The position numbers were made by a program, and so were the translations under genes. Of a DNA stretch of 64,000 nucleotides, positions 32,701 through 42,022 are shown piece by piece. Origin of the DNA: Methanobacteriota archaeon. GTDB taxonomy: Archaea; Thermoplasmatota; Poseidoniia; MGIII; CG-Epi1. The notes under the pieces are model-generated. The model saw nothing but the letters and a program-made list of their open reading frames with translations, had not been told where the DNA came from and did no database searches. How positions within the stretch are numbered: the first letter of the stretch is position 1; every line of letters starts with the position of its first letter. The DNA lies in assembly GCA_029977605.1 (NCBI GenBank), contig JAPOKN010000002.1, positions 6,925-70,924 on the forward strand, given 5' to 3'.

Positions 32701-33391
32701 CTTGGTCACTACTATCGATAACAATCCTCCAATGCCAGTTCAAAACGTAGAATACCTAATCAGTGACGAAAACAATGTAACTATAGAGTGGAATGAGCCT
32801 GAAGATGCAGTTTCTTATATTATTGAGAGTAGAGATAACTTTTCGAGACCATGGGAAATATTAGAGATTATTGACTACACAAAAAATAAGATGGTTTATG
32901 AGATTTCCAATCTCAGTGGAGGATTTCATTATTACAGAATTATTTCTGTCGATCGAATGGGGTATCAGAATGCTGACATGGAAGATGAATTTCTCGAAAT
33001 ATTTATAGAATATGAAAATATTAACAGCGCTACAAGTGGAGGCAGTAGTTCTACTGTAATTAACAATTACATAATTGTTACGAGTCTTCTAGTTTTGACT
33101 GCTATTGCCTCAGCTGCTTATGTTTTCAGAAATAAAAACGAAGAAGTCACAATTAATGTAGATAATTCAAGTATTCTTGTTCCTGTTGAATTGCTTAATG
33201 AAGAACAAATTAATTCTGCTGAAGAGGAAAAGCCTACCTTTAGCGTTGTTCAAGGAAGCCAATTTTCTCGTACCACTGTTTTCGTGTGTATTGGAGGATG
33301 TCAAAGTAAATTTGAAAATGTGAACGACGGTGACGATGGAAATGAAATTATGTGCCCACATTGTGGATTAATCGGAGATTCACCAATTTAG
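29759..33391 (+). CDS. giant cell-surface protein: signal peptide, two jelly-roll-like modules, CARDB/FN3-like repeats, C-terminal TM and cytoplasmic zinc ribbon
   Basis: 1210 aa. N-terminal hydrophobic signal. Duplicated module (W..SDFNDSTWSFGAAPFGD.. / W..GFNDTNWLNASTPFGD..). At least four FN3-like units (..W.E..D..GY.I.Y.. YRFRT.G.D..GN). TM IIVTSLLVLTAIASAAYVF. Terminal Cx3C...CPHCG. Confidence 0.78.
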   Translation: MYMIRDVKWKKNFVTLAILALAITVYMPTSEAQEDPYIENVIYSKGSEESSTIVLSGRDNATFYRYLILDDYSQAPTNWFESDFNDSTWSFGAAPFGDRSVSGVEPNLIWNTQGNSPYEDDVILVRHKFQMSGIVTSAQIDVAFANYCTPYLNGNIIYEERGDNNHAQEYWNDDGTEEISASSFEMGQNVLAVYARDTGQGTWGNSNRQWVDLQITASVFQPTNDSIIFGDSVTVAVKGGNKGNVSAEEVIIQSFTNETTISSTNLAITDPGFEDLIFFTWTPDYIGENSLILHISCNCSDANLSNNNLTLNITTKIYRLKTEIENNLQYVNQSRNLVKIVSITNNGGLTDNVTLIPSNGEINSQLTFSPNNFILNPGESKNVTISAQLPLSIEDGFHNISFEVKTQHDYTISEYLVNNGINTEVAWKWIESDGYEELYGNANWTTLGFNDTNWLNASTPFGDSSVDGVNYRTLWDEDNYAYFRYILNINDIGVYKNGIMNINVASNNFGDHYINGIFVFGDMDEGNGHGAEYWNDEVQVFTNYLLEGENVIASVIGNPQNSQWFDQEIIVTFPQANLWNYEDITYNVPIFVDTTAPSTKVNENGFYKNSTNIPLTWKEISDDGDLEGFYLYYQMKDGTSLGDWMLYGYYDTIFATNFSAENGMIYRFRTIGIDVYGNKEIKGTYDTEVKIDMDLPRSELWLSEGDIQYTNLDGVTINWKENETSDIQGYFIEYKNIDETSWENYGLFTGIGEYWFEPESDGTYLIRSRSIDYSGNKELKEVPDITITFDRMKPLVSLNHINILRDTGELTLSIKEKSENLSSLDIEFARLDENNEDILDWKSFDEEWLNEEFIIRNLVDGYTYYFRINPEDYAGNNYPREEFEFIFNYEDNNTKEILLPTIPLKPVMTGKIKNVEITVDENLNGIYDKILQEYNGNDLSGMKANQYWIDYEEGKLVFGNGDVGYLPPVNSSISIIYSGYDLVTTIDNNPPMPVQNVEYLISDENNVTIEWNEPEDAVSYIIESRDNFSRPWEILEIIDYTKNKMVYEISNLSGGFHYYRIISVDRMGYQNADMEDEFLEIFIEYENINSATSGGSSSTVINNYIIVTSLLVLTAIASAAYVFRNKNEEVTINVDNSSILVPVELLNEEQINSAEEEKPTFSVVQGSQFSRTTVFVCIGGCQSKFENVNDGDDGNEIMCPHCGLIGDSPI

Positions 33392-33428
33392 AACCAGTTA
33401 TCTTTAATTTGTACTCCTTTAACCATAC

Positions 33429-34703
33429 ATGACTAAAAGCTCAGAAGCTCCAGGTTTTTACAAAAAAGACCCATCTGAAAGATTAGATTTTGTTAAGAAC
33501 TTTGCAAACTTAACAGAAGACGAAATGAAAACAATTAGCGGATACGGAGCTCTTGGAAAGGACACTGCAAATCGAATGATTGAAAACGTAGTCGGCACAT
33601 TTCCACTACCTCTAGGTTTTGCTCCAAATTTTCAAATTAATGGTAAGGACTACATCGTACCTATGGCAGTAGAAGAACCATCAGTTGTTGCTGCAGCTAC
33701 ACATATGGCAAAAGGTGCACGTAAAATGGGAGGAATATCTGCGAGTTCTGATGAACCTGTAATGATTGGCCAAATTCAACTTGTAAATCTTAAAGATCCT
33801 TTCAAGGCAAAAGAAGATATATTAAATAAAAAAGATGAAATCGTTAAACTTGCAAACGAACAAGACCCTATCTTAGTAAAATTTGGTGGAGGATGTAAGG
33901 GGATTGAAGTAAGAGTTTTAGATTCACAAACTGGACCTATGGTGATAACGCATTTATTAGTTGATTGTAGAGATGCAATGGGTGCTAATGCGGTGAATAC
34001 AATGGCTGAAGCTGTTGCTCCAAGGTTAGAAACCATAACCGGTGGAAGAGTTTACTTACGAATTATTTCGAACTTAGCTATACATCGTAAGACTAAGGCC
34101 ACAGCAATTTGGCCAGCTGAATTTTTAGGTGGAGAAGAAATTGTTGATGGAATTATAGAAGCTTTTGCGTTTGCTTGCGCAGATCCATTCCGTGTAGCTA
34201 CCCACAATAAAGGCATAATGAATGGAATAGATCCTGTTGTAATTGCCACTGGAAATGATTGGAGAGCTATTGAGGCTGGTGCACACACATACTCGAATTG
34301 GAAAGAAGGACATTCTTCTTTTACTGATTGGGAAAAAACTGAAGATGGAGACTTAAGAGGAACAATCGAAATTCCTATGGCTATTGGATTAGTTGGTGGT
34401 GCGACTGCAACACATCCAACGGCTAAAACTTGCGTGAAAATATTAGACGTTAAAATTCCTGGAGGTGCAGCTGAGTTATCTCAGGTAATCTGCGCAGTAG
34501 GATTATGTCAAAACCTTGGTGCACTTAGGGCCCTTGCATCCGAAGGAATTCAGAGAGGGCACATGGGATTACATGCAAGAAACTTAGCAGTGCAAGCTGG
34601 AGCTGAAGGAAAGGAAATTGATATCCTTGCAGAAAAACTAAAGCAATCCGGAAAAGTAAGGGCTGATATAGCAGAAAAACTATTAACTGAAATAAGAAAA
34701 TAA
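33429..34703 (+). CDS. hmgA: HMG-CoA reductase (class II-like)
   Basis: 424 aa. MAVEEPSVVAAATH, DAMGANAVNTMAE and GIQRGHMGLHARN are catalytic-region motifs of HMGR. Confidence 0.9.
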   Translation: MTKSSEAPGFYKKDPSERLDFVKNFANLTEDEMKTISGYGALGKDTANRMIENVVGTFPLPLGFAPNFQINGKDYIVPMAVEEPSVVAAATHMAKGARKMGGISASSDEPVMIGQIQLVNLKDPFKAKEDILNKKDEIVKLANEQDPILVKFGGGCKGIEVRVLDSQTGPMVITHLLVDCRDAMGANAVNTMAEAVAPRLETITGGRVYLRIISNLAIHRKTKATAIWPAEFLGGEEIVDGIIEAFAFACADPFRVATHNKGIMNGIDPVVIATGNDWRAIEAGAHTYSNWKEGHSSFTDWEKTEDGDLRGTIEIPMAIGLVGGATATHPTAKTCVKILDVKIPGGAAELSQVICAVGLCQNLGALRALASEGIQRGHMGLHARNLAVQAGAEGKEIDILAEKLKQSGKVRADIAEKLLTEIRK

Positions 34704-35182
34704 TGACAGTCCTCTCCGATAGAAGTATTATCAAATTAATTGCTGATAAAGAAATTACTATTGAACCGTTTAAAGAAACAAATCTCACTCCAAATGGATA
34801 TGATTTAACTGTCTGTGAAATAGAGATTCCCGATAAAAAAAAAATATCCAAAGGCCATCTTAGTATACCACCTAATAATAGATTTGCAATTTCAACAAAA
34901 GAAATTATTTCTTGTGGAAAGAATCACTGTGCACAATTATGGCTAAGGACGAGTTGGGCTCGGAAAGGAATAATTTGCAGTTTTGGAAAGATAGATTCTG
35001 GTTTCAAAGGTAATTTAACTCTTCTAGGACTAAATTCGAGCAAGAACGAGGTAAATATCCAAATTGGCAATACATTTGCACAAATTGTCTTTGAAAAACT
35101 ATCCTCACCTGCTGAAGAATTATATTCAGATAGAAGTGGAAATTATCAAAACCAAAAAGGCATTACTTGGTCGAAAGAATAA
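34703..35182 (+). CDS. dCTP deaminase / dUTPase-family protein (short, probably dUTP diphosphatase)
   Basis: 159 aa. M.VLSDRSII....I.I.P.....TPNGYDLT is the N-terminal pattern of the Dcd/archaeal Dut family. Its ATG shares one base with the hmgA stop. Confidence 0.7.
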   Translation: MTVLSDRSIIKLIADKEITIEPFKETNLTPNGYDLTVCEIEIPDKKKISKGHLSIPPNNRFAISTKEIISCGKNHCAQLWLRTSWARKGIICSFGKIDSGFKGNLTLLGLNSSKNEVNIQIGNTFAQIVFEKLSSPAEELYSDRSGNYQNQKGITWSKE

Positions 35183-35933
35183 AATTTACTAAATCTTCAA
35201 AACCTTGATTGCCGTCTCTCTCAGTCACATATGAGGGATAATCTTGCATAAAATCTGAATAGTTTAAAACAGATTTGACACCAACAGAAAGTGGAAATTT
35301 TCTAAACATTGGCGAATCGTTTGGTGAATCTCCCACATATGCACACTCATCAATTTTTATATTCCAATTATCCAGAATTTTTAAAGCCATATCACACTTT
35401 GTATAGTTACCATACCATATATTCAAATGTATATTGGAAATAGCTGCATTAGCGCCTTTACTTATGCAAAAATCATAGATTTCACGAACTTTATTTGGAG
35501 AAATGCTATTCTCCTCAGAAATATCTAAAGCTAAATCCCACTGCCTGAAGGGTTGATCTGCAGCTAAACAAATCTCTCCAAAATTTGCTTTAATCTTAAT
35601 TAAAAGGGAATCTAAAAGTTCCTTAGATTTCTCCAAACTGACAGATTTATCAAAAACTTGTCTATCCATCTTACCATTTAGCATTGAGTAAGACAACGCG
35701 CCATTTTCGCCAATCACTGAATTAACTGGCCACCATCTGGCGATTAGGTCACACCAACCTGCAGGTCTACCTGTCACAACCACTGTTTTAATTTTATTAT
35801 CTCTTAATTTTTCTAAATATCTGTATGTCGAAGATTTAAGACTATCATTACTTATAAATGTCCCATCTAAATCAAACATTAAAATTTTAATTTTTCTCAA
35901 ATGTTTTTCTTTCAGTTCCGACAGTGGTTTCAT
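35163..35933 (-). CDS. HAD-IIB (Cof / sugar-phosphate phosphatase-like) hydrolase
   Basis: Motif I is MFDLDGTF and motif IV is GDSPNDSPMF. The ORF track extends to 36008, but the ATG at 35933 (MKPLSELKEK...) avoids overlap with the divergent gene and is the likelier start. Confidence 0.7.
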   Translation of the reverse strand: MKPLSELKEKHLRKIKILMFDLDGTFISNDSLKSSTYRYLEKLRDNKIKTVVVTGRPAGWCDLIARWWPVNSVIGENGALSYSMLNGKMDRQVFDKSVSLEKSKELLDSLLIKIKANFGEICLAADQPFRQWDLALDISEENSISPNKVREIYDFCISKGANAAISNIHLNIWYGNYTKCDMALKILDNWNIKIDECAYVGDSPNDSPMFRKFPLSVGVKSVLNYSDFMQDYPSYVTERDGNQGFEDLVNFILSTK

Positions 35934-35998
35934 CAAACTTCCAAAAAACCTAATTTTAAATACGCTTCGGCAAATTACGAAGTCCCAAAAAGGTAAAC

Positions 35999-37015
35999 AT
36001 GCCATCACTATACGGAGCAGTCAAAAGCAAAACTGGAGAGCTTTTACAAGATAGTATGGAATATTGTAAAGGGGCATTGCAGTCTGTCTCTAGATCGTTT
36101 GCCTTGACTATCCCATTAGTTGAAGAAAATATTCTTGGCCCAATAATGGTAGGCTACCTAGAAGCTAGAATTTTGGACACATTTGAAGATGATATTGGAA
36201 GAAGAGAAATAACATTAGAAGAAAGAATCGAAGCCATGAATATGTTGATGGAAATTTTAGAAAATCCTAACTCTGAAAGTACAAAAGAAAAGATTGAAAT
36301 TTTAACCGGTTCTGCTGATGAAATGGTTCAAAATCCAAAATATAGAGATTTGGTCAAAAATATGAAAAGTGTCTTGGCTGTCCACAGTAGTTTTGATGAA
36401 GCTACAAAAGAGTGTATGGTTAGATGGCTAAAAGAGATGAATTTTGGAATGCAAAAATTTCTTAAACAAGAAGTCTATTCATTCGATGATTTAGATGAAT
36501 ATTGTTACTATGTTGCTGGTACCCCATCAGGATTCTTAACTGAACTCATTAGGAAAAGGTCAAAAAATTTATCTGAAGAAAATTCATCAATCCTGAAAGA
36601 AAATGAAAGGGATTTTGGATTATTCCTTCAAAAAGTAAACATTATTCGAGATTTCAGAGAAGATATACTAGATAATGAAAAGATATTCTGGCCAGGTTTC
36701 CTGTTTGAAAAGTATCAAGTTATGCCTGAAAAACTACTTGATGAAGCTAACAAAGAAAAGTCAATGGAAATACTTGAATATATGCTAGATAATGCATGTA
36801 AACATATTGAGCCTGTGAAGGCATATCTAAACTCAATACCAGATGAATACGCTGGCTTCCGTGCAGGAGCAGCAGTTAATTTTGCGATGGGAGTAGCTAC
36901 TCTCGATACTATGAGAAACAATAGTGAAGTATTTTTTGGAGATAAACCAGTTAAAATTTCTCATGAGTCAAGAGATAATATAATCTCAGACCCTCTGGGT
37001 TTTGTTTCAAACTGA
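35999..37015 (+). CDS. squalene/phytoene synthase-family (trans-isoprenyl diphosphate synthase, head-to-head) protein
   Basis: 338 aa. SRSFALTI, LDTFEDD (first Asp-rich motif), YCYYVAGTPSGFL and NIIRDFREDI (second Asp-rich region). Confidence 0.72.
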   Translation: MPSLYGAVKSKTGELLQDSMEYCKGALQSVSRSFALTIPLVEENILGPIMVGYLEARILDTFEDDIGRREITLEERIEAMNMLMEILENPNSESTKEKIEILTGSADEMVQNPKYRDLVKNMKSVLAVHSSFDEATKECMVRWLKEMNFGMQKFLKQEVYSFDDLDEYCYYVAGTPSGFLTELIRKRSKNLSEENSSILKENERDFGLFLQKVNIIRDFREDILDNEKIFWPGFLFEKYQVMPEKLLDEANKEKSMEILEYMLDNACKHIEPVKAYLNSIPDEYAGFRAGAAVNFAMGVATLDTMRNNSEVFFGDKPVKISHESRDNIISDPLGFVSN

Positions 37016-37047
37016 AGTTTAATATCTAAGCCATTAATTACCTCTGT

Positions 37048-40000
37048 GTGAATGTAAGGTATTTATCTGGAATTGGAATTTTATTTTTAGCAATAATTGC
37101 AGTTAATTCAGCAAGTGCTGCTCCCACTAGTGGCAACATAAGTGTAGCTTTCATCATGGCTGGATTTGAAGATCAAGACTTTCAAGAAGAATATAATAAG
37201 GATTATTTTGAAGACACTGCCTTTGCAAGTACTAACTCCATGTGGGACTATTTTGATGAAGTTTCCAAAGGAGCCCTGAACATTGAAGGAAGTGTTTATG
37301 GCCCATATACTCTCGATGGAAACGCCGCAGATTATTCTAGCGGTTCAAGCTTTGTTAGAGATAGTGTAGAGATTGCTGATGATGATATTTATTTTCCTGA
37401 TTATGATGCTGTTGTAGCAATACACTCTGGTCCCGGAGGAGAGTCTTCTGGTAACAGTAACGACATTTGGTCAGCACACTGGCCAACTTTAACAATTAGT
37501 ACTAATGATGAAGATGAAAACGGCAATGATCACTTTGTAGATGGAATAAGTCAAGTTCCTGAATATCAGCTATCAAATGGAGAAAAAAACCCATTGGGAG
37601 TTTGGTGCCATGAGTTTGGTCATGAATTAGGTCTGCCAGATTACTATGATACAGACGGAAGTTCAGAGGGCGTAGGTAATTGGGCTGTAATGGCTGCCGG
37701 CTCCTGGGGAAATAATGGTGAAACACCTGTTTACTTTAGTGCTTATTCACGATATTGGTTGGGTTGGGATGAACCTGTACTTGTGCAAGGTGATATCGCC
37801 AATCTTGTTATCGAGCCAGTTTCAGAAGGCGGTAAAATCTACAAGCTACCTATACCAGGTAACTGGACAAACTCAGAACAATATTTCTTACTAGAAAATA
37901 GACAACAAACAAAATATGACACTTATTTGCCCGGTGAAGGGCTATTAATCTGGCACATCGATGAAGAAGTAATGTTTTCCAAATGGAGCTCAAATACTGT
38001 TAACAATGATGAGGAACATAAAGGAATGGATTTGGAGGAAGCTGACGGTGATGATGACCTAGACTCTGGAGCAAACAGAGGGGACAGTGGCGATCCTTAT
38101 AGATCAGGGTCATTTACTAAAGATACATACCCTAATTCCTTAGCATATAATGGATCGGAATCTGGTTGGAAAATATACAATATTGAAGTAGACGGCGATA
38201 ACATTATTGTGGACATTAGCTTTCTATCAAAACCTCACGCAATAGCAGACGCTGATGAAGCTGTAGTAGCTGAGGGGGAGGCTTTACAGTTCTACGGAAA
38301 TGAATCATGGGACGAAGACGGGCAAATTGTAAATTATACTTGGAATTTTGGAGATGGTACATACAACTATACTGACAACCCAATCCACACATTTACTGAA
38401 AACGGTGAATACAATGTAACGCTAACAGTAAGAGATAATAATGGACTTGAAGATACATACATTCTCAATATATTTGTCAATAAGGCACCTATTGCTAGTG
38501 TAAGCATTTCCAAAACTATAGTTATGCTTGGTGAAAGTATAACATTTGATGCAACAGATTCATATGATTTAGATGGCGAAATTGATTTTTATTATTGGAA
38601 TTTTGACGATGGAAGAACATCTAACCAAATGGTAAAGGAACACACCTACAGCGATTCTGGCATATTCAATGTATCTTTGAAATTAATAGACAATCTGAAT
38701 GACATAAGTACTACATATTACACAATTGAGGTGATTAATTCATTACCTGAAATAACATTTGATGTGAGTCCAGTTGAGGGCAATACACTTACCTTATTTG
38801 AGTTTATTGATTCATCAACTGACTCAGATGGAGAAATCGAAGAGTGGCTTTGGTTGTTTGGCGATGGAAACTCGTCGAATGAGGTTAATCCTAGCCACTA
38901 TTATTCATTTCCTGGATACTACAATATAACGCTAACATTAACTGATGATCAAAATGGTATTAATTCATCAACTTTAATGATTTTTGTTAATAATTCCCCA
39001 CCAAATCCTGATATATTTATTGAAGAAGGAATTATAGCAGGAGAAAATCAATGGATAATTCCCACAAGTCGAGAAGTACGTATTGATGCTGGTGTATCAT
39101 TAGATAACGATAATACAGTACTTACATATCAGTGGGAATATGACTCAGCAACTTACTATGGACAACATTTAGATCTTTTGTTTGCAGAGGGCGAACACAA
39201 CATAGAATTAACTGTAAGTGATCCAAGGGGAGCAAACACAACTGAAACGTTTATTTTGACTGGAACAAATTTACCTATACTTAACTTAAATTATGAAGAA
39301 ATCAATCTTGTTGTTAACCAAGATGCTGAAATAATCACATCTACTTTCGGGGAAGTTAATCTTTATGAATGGAAAATATACCAAGTCAGTTCATCTAATT
39401 GGATCTTACTTTCTGACGAAATAAATGTGAACTTATCTAAAACTATCAAATTTAATGAACGCGGAGATTACAAGTTAATTGCTAGTTCCAGAGATTCGGA
39501 AAGTAATTTATGGACAAATGATGTTGAATTAGATATAACTGTGTACGACAAACCAACTGCTTACTTTGAGTTTGACAGTGACATTAACGAAGATACGTGG
39601 ATTGGCTTCAATGGCAGTAAGTCTACTGGATTAGGCTTGAATTATGTATGGAAACTAGATGGGAATGTTTTAGATAGCAATAATGCTATAATTTCAACAT
39701 TTATCGACACTGGAGGGTATCATGTTATGAACCTAACAGTTGAACAAGAGCCAGTAGGCATTGCATATTATGAATCTGAAATCTATCTTAATTCAAAACC
39801 AACGGGAGTTTTGCAAACCAGTCCTACAACTCCTCAAGTTGGAGAAGATTTTGAAATTTATCTAAATGCATTTGACATCGAAACTGACGCTAATATAGAA
39901 TATCTTAAAATTAAGATAATAGACAATAAAGGAAATGAAAGAGCTGAATTTGAATACATTGATCAAGGCGCCAATTTCAATTTAATATTTGAAGTTGAAT

Positions 40001-40515
40001 ACGCTGGAGTAATAAACTTAGAGTATTCACTAATTGATGAAAGTGGAAACAAGAATCAAAGTAATAGCACTGTTAATGTCATAGGCTGGGCTGATATATA
40101 CATTAGCGACATCAAAATAAGTGGCTCAAAAGAAAAGGGAGCAAAACATCAAATTGAAACCATTTTAACTAATTACAATGAGACGTACAATAGTACAAAC
40201 TATAACGGATATACTGCTACAGGTTACTACGAACTTTTCATAGACTCTGAACTAGTACACACCTCCTCATTCAGTATAGAGCCAGAAAATAGTGAGAGTT
40301 TCAAGTTCGAGTGGACAGCCACAGGCAATTACCATGAGTTTAATGTCAAAGCTTACGTTAACGACGGTGAAATTAATAAGGAAAACAATGAGTATACTAA
40401 GGAGCAAGTTTTTGAATCTGAAAGAAAGAGTGGATTCCTACCAAGCTTATCATTATTATCCTGTATTGTTGTTATGTGTATTATTGTTTCATTCAACCGT
40501 AGCAAACCTAATTAA
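37048..40515 (+). CDS. M6 (immune inhibitor A-like) metalloprotease with multiple PKD-like repeats and C-terminal membrane anchor
   Basis: 1155 aa with a GTG start and a signal peptide. Zinc motif HEFGHELGLPDYYD. At least four PKD-like units (WNFGDGT...H.Y...G.Y.V.L.V.D). C-terminal hydrophobic helix + RSKPN. Confidence 0.82.
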   Translation: MNVRYLSGIGILFLAIIAVNSASAAPTSGNISVAFIMAGFEDQDFQEEYNKDYFEDTAFASTNSMWDYFDEVSKGALNIEGSVYGPYTLDGNAADYSSGSSFVRDSVEIADDDIYFPDYDAVVAIHSGPGGESSGNSNDIWSAHWPTLTISTNDEDENGNDHFVDGISQVPEYQLSNGEKNPLGVWCHEFGHELGLPDYYDTDGSSEGVGNWAVMAAGSWGNNGETPVYFSAYSRYWLGWDEPVLVQGDIANLVIEPVSEGGKIYKLPIPGNWTNSEQYFLLENRQQTKYDTYLPGEGLLIWHIDEEVMFSKWSSNTVNNDEEHKGMDLEEADGDDDLDSGANRGDSGDPYRSGSFTKDTYPNSLAYNGSESGWKIYNIEVDGDNIIVDISFLSKPHAIADADEAVVAEGEALQFYGNESWDEDGQIVNYTWNFGDGTYNYTDNPIHTFTENGEYNVTLTVRDNNGLEDTYILNIFVNKAPIASVSISKTIVMLGESITFDATDSYDLDGEIDFYYWNFDDGRTSNQMVKEHTYSDSGIFNVSLKLIDNLNDISTTYYTIEVINSLPEITFDVSPVEGNTLTLFEFIDSSTDSDGEIEEWLWLFGDGNSSNEVNPSHYYSFPGYYNITLTLTDDQNGINSSTLMIFVNNSPPNPDIFIEEGIIAGENQWIIPTSREVRIDAGVSLDNDNTVLTYQWEYDSATYYGQHLDLLFAEGEHNIELTVSDPRGANTTETFILTGTNLPILNLNYEEINLVVNQDAEIITSTFGEVNLYEWKIYQVSSSNWILLSDEINVNLSKTIKFNERGDYKLIASSRDSESNLWTNDVELDITVYDKPTAYFEFDSDINEDTWIGFNGSKSTGLGLNYVWKLDGNVLDSNNAIISTFIDTGGYHVMNLTVEQEPVGIAYYESEIYLNSKPTGVLQTSPTTPQVGEDFEIYLNAFDIETDANIEYLKIKIIDNKGNERAEFEYIDQGANFNLIFEVEYAGVINLEYSLIDESGNKNQSNSTVNVIGWADIYISDIKISGSKEKGAKHQIETILTNYNETYNSTNYNGYTATGYYELFIDSELVHTSSFSIEPENSESFKFEWTATGNYHEFNVKAYVNDGEINKENNEYTKEQVFESERKSGFLPSLSLLSCIVVMCIIVSFNRSKPN

Positions 40516-40535
40516 CATACATTGAATAAGAACAC

Positions 40536-40892
40536 ATGAGCGCAGCACCACCGCAAATGAGACGGATTCCTGATGAACAGTTTTTTGATTTAAGAAGTTG
40601 GAGTGCGGATAAAGCCGAAGATTACGGTGAGAAAGCATCAATGATAGTTCATACCATTTTACTAAGTAAAAGAGACCAAGTAAATCGAATAACCTCAGAA
40701 CTACATGACGGTAACATAGTTCTAATTGATTTTACACCATTAACCTCAGATCAAGAGACTTTACACAAGGTTTTAGCCGAATTAGAGAGAGCTATTGCCG
40801 ACATTGATGGAGATTTAGTTGGTGTGAGTCAAAAATGGATACTAGCAACACCCAATGGTGTAAGAGTCTCTAGAGAAAAATTAAAAGTTTAA
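40536..40892 (+). CDS. sepF: cell division protein SepF homologue
   Basis: 118 aa. The C-terminal block GNIVLIDFTPL......L....I.GDLVGVS...ILATP..V.V is typical of SepF/DUF552. Confidence 0.7.
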   Translation: MSAAPPQMRRIPDEQFFDLRSWSADKAEDYGEKASMIVHTILLSKRDQVNRITSELHDGNIVLIDFTPLTSDQETLHKVLAELERAIADIDGDLVGVSQKWILATPNGVRVSREKLKV

Positions 40893-42022
40893 TGAACATT
40901 GCAGTAATAGGAACTGGAATGGTAGGAAGATTGATTGCAGTTGAATTATCTAAAAATCATCAAGTTTATGCCATTGATAATAATTCAGAGAATTTGAATT
41001 TATTAAGTAAATACAATCCTAAGATAATTACGAAGGAAATTGACATCCTTAAACAAGATTTTTTAGCAGATTCAAATGCTGATCTAATTGTTAATTGCGT
41101 CCCAGGTTTTATGGGATTTGATACTTCCAAAAAAATACTAAAAGAAAAAACATGTGTGGATATCTCATTTATGCCTGAAGACTGTTACGAGTTGGAGGAT
41201 TACGCTAATAAGGCTAAGACTGCGCTATATCCAGATGCTGGAGTTGCCCCTGGATTAAGTAACATAATTGTAGGAAATCTAATTTCTAATTATGATATCG
41301 ACGAAATAAAAATAATGGTAGGGGGGTTGCCTAAAGAAAAAAATCCCCCTTGGAATTATAAAGCCCCTTTTTCGCCAATTGATGTAATTGAGGAATATAC
41401 AAGGCCCGCAAGAATCAAAGAGAATGGTCAAACTAAAACTGTAAAAGCTCTTACTGGAAAAATTGACTTTGAAGTAGAAGAAATTGGCAAACTAGAAGCT
41501 TTTTTAACAGATGGTCTAAGAACTTTACTAGATTCAGAATTAACGAGTGACATACCAACTTTGTTAGAATATACAATTAGATATCCTGGACATTCTAGTA
41601 TGATTTCAGAGTTGATTGATAGTGGTAAACTAGAAAATACTACAATATCTCACAATGGAAAAATAGTAAATCAAAGGGAAATTACCACTAAAAAATTATT
41701 CAAGGAATGGAAATTAGCCGACGTGGACAAGGAATTCACACTTTTAATAATTACAGCTAAAACCATGGACTCTAAAGAGGTTTCTTGCGTTGTTTATGAT
41801 GAATGGAAAGATGGATGGAGTAGTATGTCAAGAACAACTGGATTAACAGCATGTGCTATCGTGAATCTTATTTTAGAAAAAGGAATAAAAAATAGAGGAA
41901 TTATTCCTCCTGAACAATTGGGTTCTAATCAATATTACTTTGATTACATAATTAATTATCTTAAAGAAAAGGAAATAAGCATCAGTTTTTCAAATGAGAA
42001 AAATCCTTTAATGATAGAATAA
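40892..42022 (+). CDS. saccharopine dehydrogenase-like NAD(P)-binding oxidoreductase
   Basis: 376 aa. N-terminal IAVIGTGMVGRLIA Rossmann, GVAPGLSNI and the Sacchrp_dh C-terminal layout. TAATG coupling with sepF. Confidence 0.75.
   Translation: MNIAVIGTGMVGRLIAVELSKNHQVYAIDNNSENLNLLSKYNPKIITKEIDILKQDFLADSNADLIVNCVPGFMGFDTSKKILKEKTCVDISFMPEDCYELEDYANKAKTALYPDAGVAPGLSNIIVGNLISNYDIDEIKIMVGGLPKEKNPPWNYKAPFSPIDVIEEYTRPARIKENGQTKTVKALTGKIDFEVEEIGKLEAFLTDGLRTLLDSELTSDIPTLLEYTIRYPGHSSMISELIDSGKLENTTISHNGKIVNQREITTKKLFKEWKLADVDKEFTLLIITAKTMDSKEVSCVVYDEWKDGWSSMSRTTGLTACAIVNLILEKGIKNRGIIPPEQLGSNQYYFDYIINYLKEKEISISFSNEKNPLMIE

Noticed and set aside
34845-34854. A10 homopolymer inside the dcd/dut-like gene as a programmed frameshift or phase-variation site
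   Set aside because: The reading frame is intact through it (PDKKKIS) and the protein has normal length. No alternative-frame ORF continues from it. It is only worth noting as an error-prone spot for sequencing.
38220-39000. PKD-repeat region as a DNA-level tandem repeat / variable-number repeat
   Set aside because: The repeats are recognisable only at protein-motif level (WNFGDG..). The nucleotide sequences are diverged, with no near-identical tandem copies.
40292-40525. 77-aa plus-strand ORF at the end of the M6 protease gene
   Set aside because: It is an alternative frame of the same strand inside a well-supported CDS and has no independent signal.
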